Below, piece by piece: positions 25,516 through 32,000 of a stretch of 32,000 nt of DNA. Within the stretch, counting starts at the first letter, position 1, and every line of letters starts with the position of its first letter. The notes beneath the pieces are model-generated. The model saw nothing but the letters and a program-made list of their open reading frames with translations, was not told the DNA's origin and ran no database searches. Origin of the DNA: Pseudomonas aeruginosa. Its GTDB lineage: Bacteria; Pseudomonadota; Gammaproteobacteria; Pseudomonadales; Pseudomonadaceae. Made by a program: the position numbers and the translations under genes. The DNA lies in contig NZ_LN831024.1 in the NCBI RefSeq assembly GCF_001457615.1, positions 5,490,001 through 5,522,000 of the forward strand, in the 5' to 3' direction.

Positions 25516-26379
25516 CTACTCTTTGACTTCCATGTAGTCGCGGGCCCAGGCCTGGTATTCCTCGGGGAAGGTGTACTTCTTCGACAGCTCCGAGGCGGTC
25601 AGGTCCGAGGCCACCGCACCGCGCTCCTCGCGCAGGCAGTCGTAGGTCGCCTTGATCGCGGCGAAATAGGCGGCGTGGCCGTTGACCACGACACGCACGC
25701 CGAGCCGCGCCAGGCGGGCGTCGTCGCGCAGTTGCGGATTACCGTAGGTGACCAGCATCAGCGGGATGTGCAGGTGCTCGGCGATCGCCTCGAGGTGGGC
25801 GAAGTCGCGCACGCCGACCAGGCAGATACCATCGGCGCCGGCTTCCTGGTAGGCCAGGGTGCGCTGGATCACCGCATCGACGTCGATCAGTTCGGCGTTG
25901 GTCCGGGCAATGATGGTCAACGCCGGGTCGACCCTCGCCTCCAGGGCCGCGCGGATCTTGCCGACGCCTTCCTCGACGCAGATCAGGTCGGTGGACTTGC
26001 GCCCGAACTGCGCCGGCAGCAGGGTGTCCTCGATGGTCAGCGCGGCGATTCCGGCGCGCTCCAGTTCGACCACCGTACGCATCACGTTCAGCGCGTTGCC
26101 GTAGCCGTGGTCGGCGTCGGCGATCACCGGCAGGCGCGCCACCCGGCCGATGCGGGCGGCCTGCTCGACGAATTCGCTGAGGGTGATCAGGGCGAAGTCC
26201 GGCGCCGCCAGGACCTGCAGGGAAGCCACCGAACCGCCGAGGATGCCGCACTCGAAGCCGAGGTCGGCGGCGATACGCGCCGACATGGGATCGAACACGG
26301 AAGCGGTGTGGTAGCAACGGGAGGAGTCCAACAGCGCGCGAAACATCGCACGCAACTCATGGTGTGAGGCTCTATGCAT
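25516..26379 (-). CDS. Isocitrate lyase/PEP mutase superfamily protein, oxaloacetate decarboxylase-like (PA4872-like)
   Basis: [70 protein letters not shown]...[20 protein letters not shown]...[10 protein letters not shown]; 287 aa. Confidence 0.92.
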   Translation of the reverse strand: MHRASHHELRAMFRALLDSSRCYHTASVFDPMSARIAADLGFECGILGGSVASLQVLAAPDFALITLSEFVEQAARIGRVARLPVIADADHGYGNALNVMRTVVELERAGIAALTIEDTLLPAQFGRKSTDLICVEEGVGKIRAALEARVDPALTIIARTNAELIDVDAVIQRTLAYQEAGADGICLVGVRDFAHLEAIAEHLHIPLMLVTYGNPQLRDDARLARLGVRVVVNGHAAYFAAIKATYDCLREERGAVASDLTASELSKKYTFPEEYQAWARDYMEVKE

Positions 26380-26586
26380 GGCGAAATCCAGGACAACACG
26401 GCAAGACGGAGTGGGAAAGCAGCGCCAACATAGCACCATGCGCAGGCCCCTTGGCAAATCCGTATACAAAGGTCGGGGCGGCCCGCACGGACGTCCCAGG
26501 ACGCTTCCTGCCGATCGCCGGCGGTGAAATCTACGACGCTCTCGCATACACTGCGCGGCCGTTTTTTTCCCGGACCGTTTCGCGCC

Positions 26587-27852
26587 ATGAACCCGAGCAC
26601 CGCCGCCCGCGCCCTGGGCATCGATTTTGGCACCTCCAACTCCACCGTCGGCTGGTGGCGGCCGGAGGTCGAACCGCTGATCGAGCTGGAGGACGGCAAG
26701 ATCACCCTGCCCTCGGTGGTGTTCTTCAACGTCGAGGAGCGCCGCCCGGTCTACGGCCGCCAGGCGCTCGGCGAGTACCTGGAGGGCTACGAGGGCCGGC
26801 TGATGCGCTCGCTGAAGAGCCTGCTGGGCTCCAAGCTGCTGAAGAGCGAGACCACCGTGCTCGGCAGCGCCCTACCGTTCAAGGACCTGCTCGGCCTGTT
26901 CATCGGCCAGCTCAAGGCGCGCGGCGAGGCCGCCGCCGGGCAAGCCTTCGACGCGGTGGTGCTGGGTCGCCCGGTGTTCTTCGTCGACGACGACCCGGAG
27001 GCCGACCGCGAGGCCCAGGACACCCTGGTGCAGGTGGCCAACAAGCTCGGCTTCAAGGAGGTTTCCTTCCAGTACGAACCGATCGCCGCGGCCTTCGACT
27101 ACGAGCGCTGCATCCAGCGCGAGGAACTGGTCCTGATCGTCGACATCGGCGGCGGCACCTCGGACTTCTCCCTGGTGCGCCTGGCGCCGGAGCGGCGCAA
27201 CCTGGCCGAGCGCCAGGACGACATCCTGGCCACCGGCGGCGTACACATCGGCGGTACCGACTTCGACAAGCAGCTCAGCCTGGAAGGCGTGATGCCGCTG
27301 TTCGGCTACGGCAGCCGGATGAAGAGCGACGCCTTCATGCCCACCAGCTACCACCTGAACCTGGCCACCTGGCACACCATCAACGCGGTGTACGCGCAGA
27401 AGTCGCAATTGGCGCTGAAGAACATGCGCTACGACATCGTCGACAGCACCGGCATCGACCGCCTCTTCAGGCTCATCGAGGAACGCGCCGGGCACTGGCT
27501 GGCGATGCAGGTGGAAGACAGCAAGATCCGCCTGACCGAAACCGAGCGCCTGCACCTCTCGCTGGAGCGCATCGAGGCCGGGCTCGGCGTGGAGCTGACC
27601 CGTGGGCTGTTCGAGAACGCCGTCGACGGACTGCTGGAGCGCGTGCGCAACAGCGTCGCGCAACTGCTGGCCTCGGCCGGGGTCGACCCGGACCGGGTCG
27701 ACACGGTGTTCTTCACCGGCGGTTCGAGCGGCATTCCGGCGCTGCGCCGGAGCGTCTCGGCGATGCTGCCCAACGCCCGTCATGTCGAGGGCAACCTGTT
27801 CGGCAGCATCGGCAGCGGCCTGGCCATCGAGGCGAAGAAGCGCTACGGCTGA
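26587..27852 (+). CDS. Hsp70 family protein (YegD-like actin/Hsp70 ATPase)
   Basis: [61 protein letters not shown]...[15 protein letters not shown]...[15 protein letters not shown], the phosphate 1, phosphate 2 and adenosine motifs. Confidence 0.93.
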   Translation: MNPSTAARALGIDFGTSNSTVGWWRPEVEPLIELEDGKITLPSVVFFNVEERRPVYGRQALGEYLEGYEGRLMRSLKSLLGSKLLKSETTVLGSALPFKDLLGLFIGQLKARGEAAAGQAFDAVVLGRPVFFVDDDPEADREAQDTLVQVANKLGFKEVSFQYEPIAAAFDYERCIQREELVLIVDIGGGTSDFSLVRLAPERRNLAERQDDILATGGVHIGGTDFDKQLSLEGVMPLFGYGSRMKSDAFMPTSYHLNLATWHTINAVYAQKSQLALKNMRYDIVDSTGIDRLFRLIEERAGHWLAMQVEDSKIRLTETERLHLSLERIEAGLGVELTRGLFENAVDGLLERVRNSVAQLLASAGVDPDRVDTVFFTGGSSGIPALRRSVSAMLPNARHVEGNLFGSIGSGLAIEAKKRYG

Positions 27853-27903
27853 GCCGCCCTGGCCGCGCCCCTGCCCTATAGGGGGATAAGGTCACACCGG
27901 GCC

Positions 27904-28001
27904 CGCCATGGCGGATAACCGCGAGCGGTTATTCGCCCTACGCCAAGACCACGCCACACCCGTCCGCAGGGCGGATAGCGCCACAGGCGTTATCCGCCGC
28001 C
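27904..28001. repeat. Palindromic GCGGATAACCGC/GGTTATTCGCCCTAC intergenic repeat
   Basis: CGCCATGGCGGATAACCGCGAGCGGTTATTCGCCCTACGCC...CGCAGGGCGGATAGCGCCACAGGCGTTATCCGCC has the same words as the 11431-11720 cluster. Confidence 0.85.
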
Positions 28002-28026
28002 ACACCGAGCCCGACGAGGGTGGGGC

Positions 28027-28317
28027 TCACTTCTTCAGGCAGGTGCTCATGAACGCCTTGCGTTCGTCGCCCTTGAGCGCCTTGGCGGTGGCGTCGGCGT
28101 TGCAGGTCTTCATCTTCTCCTGCTGGGTCGCCGCCTTGGCGCTGCCGCCGGCCTTCAGGCAACTGCTCATGAACGCCTTGCGTTCGTCGCCCTTGAGCGC
28201 CTTGGTGGTGGCCTCGGCGTTGCAGGCGGTCATCTTCTCCTGCTGCGCGGTGGCAGCGAAACCATGGGCCGAGACGGCCATGGCCAATACGAACATCGGG
28301 ATACGCAGGATATTCAT
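28027..28317 (-). CDS. psiF: PsiF-repeat family protein (signal peptide plus two PsiF repeats)
   Basis: MNILRIPMFVLAMAVSAHGFAATAQQEKMTACNAEATTKALKGDERKAFMSSCLKAGGSAKAATQQEKMKTCNADATAKALKGDERKAFMSTCLKK. RBS AAGGAG lies upstream. Confidence 0.93.
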   Translation of the reverse strand: MNILRIPMFVLAMAVSAHGFAATAQQEKMTACNAEATTKALKGDERKAFMSSCLKAGGSAKAATQQEKMKTCNADATAKALKGDERKAFMSTCLKK

Positions 28318-28471
28318 CGAACTCTCCTTGAAGGGCTGCACGTTCGCATGCAGGTGCGCTGAAGTCTAGCGACTGCGGCGGGCTTTGCAGGGGCTGGGAA
28401 CGCGTCCTGTGCGCTTGCGACAAGCGTCATGTTTCGCGGCTAGACTGACGCTTCGCACGAGGAGGAGTTCC

Positions 28472-29011
28472 ATGCAACAGGTCATCGCGGTGAGCCTCTG
28501 CGCCACCCACGCGTTCAGCAAGCAGGTGCGTCCCGCCATCCGCCTCCTGAAAGGCCTCGGCGTCGAGGGCGACGCCCACCACGGCGTCACCGTGAAGCAC
28601 CGCTCGCGGGTGCGGCAGGACCCGACCCAGCCGAACCTGCGCCAGGTCCACCTGATCCACGAGGAATTGCACGACGAGCTACGCGCCAGCGGCTTCGCCA
28701 TCGGCCCGGGGACCATGGGCGAGAACATCACCACCCGTGGCGTCGACCTGCTCGGCCTGCCCACCGGCACCCGCCTGCGCCTGGGGGAAAGCGCCCTGGT
28801 CGAGCTGACCGGCCTGCGCAATCCCTGCTCGCAGCTGGACAACTACCAGCCCGGACTGACCGCCGCCGTGCTCGGCCGCGACGAACAGGGCAACCTGATT
28901 CGCAAGGCCGGGGTGATGGCGATCGTCCTGGAAGACGGCGAGGTTCGCCCCGGCGACGCCATCGATATCCAGCTGCCCCCCTTGCCGCACCGGGCCCTGG
29001 AGAAGGTCTGA
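28472..29011 (+). CDS. MOSC domain-containing protein
   Basis: MQQVIAVSLCATHAFSKQVRPAIRLLKGLGVEGDAHHGVTVKHRSRVRQDPTQPNLRQVHLIHEELHDEL...PGTMGENITTRGVDLLGLPTGTRLRLGESALVELTGLRNPCSQLD. Preceded by GAGGAGG. Confidence 0.92.
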   Translation: MQQVIAVSLCATHAFSKQVRPAIRLLKGLGVEGDAHHGVTVKHRSRVRQDPTQPNLRQVHLIHEELHDELRASGFAIGPGTMGENITTRGVDLLGLPTGTRLRLGESALVELTGLRNPCSQLDNYQPGLTAAVLGRDEQGNLIRKAGVMAIVLEDGEVRPGDAIDIQLPPLPHRALEKV

Positions 29012-29099
29012 GGCAATCCGCCGCGATTCCGGGCGAACTCTGCGCGAGGGCCTGCGTTCCAATGTTGGCAAGCACCGCTCAACCACAAGGAGTCACAGC

Positions 29100-29444
29100 A
29101 TGTACAAGCAGTCACTGGCGGCACTGTTCGTGATGGCAACCCTGGCCGGCTGCGCGTCGACCAAGGTGCAGAACCCGGTCAACTACATCACCTTCCGCAA
29201 CGAACCGCTGGTCAAGGATGTCGAGAAAGGCATGAGCCAGCAGGAAGTCCTGCGCATCGGCGGCACGCCTTCCGGCACCCAGAAGCGCCTGATGAAACCG
29301 GGGAGCTGCAACAGCTACATCCTCAACAAGGACGGCCAGCAGCAGCCGTTCTACGTCAGTTTCGACGGCAGCGGCAAGGTCGACGGCTCGGGCTTCCTGA
29401 GCTGCTCCGAGCTGGACCGCCACGAGCGCGACGCCCGCCCCTGA
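29100..29444 (+). CDS. osmE: OsmE-like osmotically inducible lipoprotein
   Basis: Lipoprotein signal MYKQSLAALFVMATLAGCAS, then a SmpA/OmlA-type fold VEKGMSQQEVLRIGGTPSGTQKRLMKPGSCNSYILN. Confidence 0.9.
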   Translation: MYKQSLAALFVMATLAGCASTKVQNPVNYITFRNEPLVKDVEKGMSQQEVLRIGGTPSGTQKRLMKPGSCNSYILNKDGQQQPFYVSFDGSGKVDGSGFLSCSELDRHERDARP

Positions 29445-29450
29445 CGGCTC

Positions 29451-29482
29451 GACGCCCCGCTTCCTTACGGAGGCGGGGCGTC
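29451..29482. terminator. Bidirectional hairpin terminator candidate between convergent osmE and the 29488-29895 gene
   Basis: GACGCCCCGCTTCC-TTAC-GGAGGCGGGGCGTC is a 14-bp stem (one wobble) with a 4-nt loop, between convergent stops. Confidence 0.75.
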
Positions 29483-29487
29483 TGCGT

Positions 29488-29895
29488 TCAGGCCCGGGAC
29501 AGGGCCTCGATCAGTTCGGCCTTGCGCATCGTCGAACGACCGCGGATGTCGCGCTTGCGCGCCAGCTGCATCAATTCCTCGCGGGTCATCTCGCTCACCG
29601 AGGTACTGCCTTGACGTTTGCCACGGCTCGCCGAGCCGCGGTTGGCCGGTCTCCCTGAGCGGGCCTGGGCGGCGCGATGGGCCGAGTCCTTGCGGTCGGC
29701 GCGCTTGGCCGTCTCGCTCTTGGCGCGGCCGGAACCGCCCTTGCGCTCGCCGCCGCCGGACTGCTTGTTCACCGTCGCCCAGGCGCGCGCCTCGGCTTCC
29801 GATTCGCTCACACCCTTGGCCTTGTAGCTCTCCTCGATGTGCTCGGCCTTGCGCTGCTGCTTGTCGCTGTACTTGCTCTTGTCGCCACGGGGCAT
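29488..29895 (-). CDS. Small basic protein with C-terminal Rho_N-like motif ('plasmid stabilization'-type annotation, PA4877-like)
   Basis: MPRGDKSKYSDKQQRKAEHIEESYKAKGVSESEAEARAWATVNKQSGGGERKG...SEMTREELMQLARKRDIRGRSTMRKAELIEALSRA. Confidence 0.85.
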   Translation of the reverse strand: MPRGDKSKYSDKQQRKAEHIEESYKAKGVSESEAEARAWATVNKQSGGGERKGGSGRAKSETAKRADRKDSAHRAAQARSGRPANRGSASRGKRQGSTSVSEMTREELMQLARKRDIRGRSTMRKAELIEALSRA

Positions 29896-29983
29896 GGGGA
29901 TATCTCCCTTTGCGATGGGTTCACTGTTGGGACCGGGAGGCGACGGCGGACGTTCAGAGAAAGTGCGCACCGGCACAAACCCC

Positions 29984-30014
29984 TTGACCTTGCCCCAGGG
30001 GCAATCCGTAGTCT
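29984..30014 (+). promoter_or_regulatory. MerR-type promoter for brlR (19-bp spacer with perfect palindrome)
   Basis: -35 TTGACC (29984-29989), a 19-nt spacer TTGCCCCAGGGGCAATCCG containing palindrome TTGCCCC-A-GGGGCAA (29990-30004), and -10 TAGTCT (30009-30014). brlR ATG at 30042. Confidence 0.75.
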
Positions 30015-30041
30015 GCCGGTATCCCGCAGCAGGAACCGGAA

Positions 30042-30854
30042 ATGCTCACCATCGGCCAACTGGCGCGAATCTTCGAGATCTCCACCAAGACGCTTCGCCA
30101 CTACGATGCCATCGGCCTGTTCGTCCCCGCGCGCACCGGTAGCGACAACGGCTACCGCTACTACCAGCCGGAACAGATCGAGCAGCTCTCGCGCATACTC
30201 GCGCTGCGCCGGCTGGACGTTCCGCTGGAAGCCATCGACCGCCTGAAACGCGATGGCGCGCTGGACGACCCGCAACGCCTGCGGCATTTCCTGCAACGAC
30301 ACCAGCACACCCTGCGCGAAGAGATCAGCGCCCGCCAGCGCCTGCTGGCGGAACTCGACCGAACCCTGGCGACGCTCGCCCACTGGAGGATCCGCAACAT
30401 GCATGCACGAATCGTCGAACGTCCCGCCTTCAGCGTGGTGGGCATGGAATACTTCGGCAGCGCCCCCGGCGACACCATCGGCCAGCTCTGGGAACGCTTC
30501 ATCCCGCGCGAGCACGAGATCGCCGGCAAGCACGATCCCGAGGTCTCCTATGGCATCTGCGCGCAGCAGCCCAACGGCGAATTCCACTACGTCGCCGGCT
30601 TCGAGGTGCAGGAGGGCTGGCCGGTGCCGGAGGGCATGGTGCGCTTCCAGGTGCCGGCGCAGAAGTACGCGGTGTTCACCCACAAGGGCACGGCGCCGCA
30701 GATCGCCGAGAGCTTCCAGGCGATCTACAGCCACCTGCTCGCCGAACGCGGCCTGGAGCCCAAGGCGGGGGTCGACTTCGAATACTACGACCAGCGTTTC
30801 CGCGGACCGCTGGATCCGAACTCGCAAGTCGACCTGTATATCCCCATCTACTGA
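30042..30854 (+). CDS. brlR: MerR-family transcriptional regulator BrlR with GyrI-like effector domain
   Basis: MLTIGQLARIFEISTKTLRHYDAIGLFVPARTGSDNGYRYYQPEQIEQLSRILALRRLDVPLEAIDRL... MerR HTH; C-terminal GyrI-like domain; 270 aa. Confidence 0.93.
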   Translation: MLTIGQLARIFEISTKTLRHYDAIGLFVPARTGSDNGYRYYQPEQIEQLSRILALRRLDVPLEAIDRLKRDGALDDPQRLRHFLQRHQHTLREEISARQRLLAELDRTLATLAHWRIRNMHARIVERPAFSVVGMEYFGSAPGDTIGQLWERFIPREHEIAGKHDPEVSYGICAQQPNGEFHYVAGFEVQEGWPVPEGMVRFQVPAQKYAVFTHKGTAPQIAESFQAIYSHLLAERGLEPKAGVDFEYYDQRFRGPLDPNSQVDLYIPIY

Positions 30855-30855
30855 A

Positions 30856-32000
30856 TCAGCGCTTGCCGGCCGGCACCTTGGCTGGCAAGCGCATGCGCTG
30901 CAGCAGCGCGGTGCACTGGTTGTCGTCGCTTTTGCTCGGCGCCACCAGCGCCAGCAGGCTGGCCGCCGGGCCCACCGCCACGCCGAGGGCGATCATTCCC
31001 GCGCCGCGCGCCACCAGCGGCCCGGCGTGGACCCCGGCGTCGGGCTTGGCGAAGGTGCCGCGCACGTACAGCGGCGAGCGCAGCGAGAAGATCCGCAGGC
31101 CCTTGCTGTGCGGGGTGACATCGAGGTCGAGCTTCTCGTTGGCGAAGTTCACCGTGCCGTCGACGTTGACCAGCGCGTTCTCGGTGTCGAAGACGAACAG
31201 CCGGCTGGTCATCAGGCCCTTCTGCAGGCCGAAGTCGGCGGCCGCGCAGTTGATCTTCACCTCGTCGTCGCCGAACAGCTTGGTCACCAGGTAGTTTCCG
31301 ACATTGAGGCCGGCGATTTCGGTCAGGCCTTTGCTGATCGCACCGTCGTTGATCAGCATCTTCAGTTCGCCATCGGCGCCACCGAGGATCTTCGCCACCG
31401 AATTGCCGCTGCCGCTGAGACTGGCGTCGCCGTTCAGCTCGCCGAAGCTGGTCTGCATCGGCGCGAAGCCGGGGAACAACTGTTTCAGCTTGAAGCCCCG
31501 CGCGCTCATCTTCACTCGGCTCTGCATCGGCTGCTTGCCGCCGTCGAGGCGAATGTCCGACTCCAGCTTGCCGCCGGCCACGCCGAAGCGCAGGGGCTCC
31601 AGGCGCAGCAGGCCGTCGTTGAGCACCAGATGGGTATAGAGGTCGCTGATCGGCAACTGGTCGCTGTGGACGATACGCTTGCCGGTGAATTCCACGTCGG
31701 CGTCCATGTCGCGCCAGCGCTCGGTACGGAATTCCTCCACCGGCAGCACCTTGTCGCCCGGCTGGCGGCTGGTCTGCCCGCGCTTCTGTTTTTCGGCATT
31801 GCTGTCGGCGCCGATCAGCGGGCCGAGGTCGGCGAAGCGCAGTTGCTCGGAGGTCAGCTTGCCGGACAGCTTCGGCCTAGGCTGGCGAGCGACGAAGGTC
31901 AGGCTGCCGTGCAGGTCGCTGGCGCCGACCTTGCCGTTGAAGTTCTCGTAGCGGAACAGTGCGCCGCCCTCCTCCTTGAGCCGCGCCAGCAGGTGTCCGT
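30856..32000 (-). CDS. AsmA family protein, C-terminal part (5' truncated by window edge)
   Basis: The minus-strand frame stays open to the window edge (GHLLARLKEEGGALFRYENFNGKVGASDLHGSLTFVARQPRPKLSGKLTSEQLRFADLGPLIGAD...), continuing to ...VVKINCAAADFGLQKG-type AsmA C-terminal sequence. The stop is at 30856-30858. Confidence 0.9.
   Translation of the reverse strand, partial: GHLLARLKEEGGALFRYENFNGKVGASDLHGSLTFVARQPRPKLSGKLTSEQLRFADLGPLIGADSNAEKQKRGQTSRQPGDKVLPVEEFRTERWRDMDADVEFTGKRIVHSDQLPISDLYTHLVLNDGLLRLEPLRFGVAGGKLESDIRLDGGKQPMQSRVKMSARGFKLKQLFPGFAPMQTSFGELNGDASLSGSGNSVAKILGGADGELKMLINDGAISKGLTEIAGLNVGNYLVTKLFGDDEVKINCAAADFGLQKGLMTSRLFVFDTENALVNVDGTVNFANEKLDLDVTPHSKGLRIFSLRSPLYVRGTFAKPDAGVHAGPLVARGAGMIALGVAVGPAASLLALVAPSKSDDNQCTALLQRMRLPAKVPAGKR

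Noticed and set aside
26587-27852. Hsp70-like protein next to an ICL/PEPM enzyme as a novel defence or metabolic module
   Set aside because: The genes are divergently transcribed, are both conserved core genes in P. aeruginosa, and have no nuclease, toxin or phage-linked neighbours.
29488-29895. Toxin-antitoxin or plasmid maintenance system (family name 'plasmid stabilization')
   Set aside because: It is a single gene without a partner and its sequence is Rho_N-like and low complexity. Chromosomal core synteny and no mobile signatures make the family label misleading.

Overview
This GC-rich window closely matches a Pseudomonas aeruginosa core-chromosome segment. Identification is from recalled protein and gene order, not from a database search. 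On the + strand it starts with the 3' end of accC, then a membrane protein, prmA, a zinc-ribbon/DUF3426-like protein, dusB-fis, purH, purD, the hybrid sensor kinase retS, a MarC-like protein, the urtABCDE urea ABC transporter, a GNAT, ureD-ureA-GNAT-ureB-ureC, and a conserved hypothetical. The rest mixes strands: a DksA/TraR-type zinc finger (-), a membrane protein (+), an ICL/PEPM-family oxaloacetate-decarboxylase-like enzyme (-), an Hsp70/YegD-like protein (+), PsiF (-), a MOSC protein (+), an OsmE-like lipoprotein (+), a Rho_N/plasmid-stabilization-like protein (-), the MerR-family regulator brlR (+), and a truncated AsmA-family protein (-). I found no convincing undescribed multi-gene system, defence island, CRISPR array, prophage or transposase. 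The best leads are regulatory or structural. They are a canonical-spacing sigma-54 promoter candidate plus an NtrC-type inverted repeat upstream of urtA, with a possible dispersed element between them; a textbook MerR-type promoter with a 19-bp spacer and perfect palindrome in front of brlR; a family of 'GCGGATAACCGC...GGTTATTCGCCCTAC' intergenic palindromic repeats, with a three-unit cluster after retS and one copy inside the urt operon; and several strong hairpins, including one between urtA and urtB.
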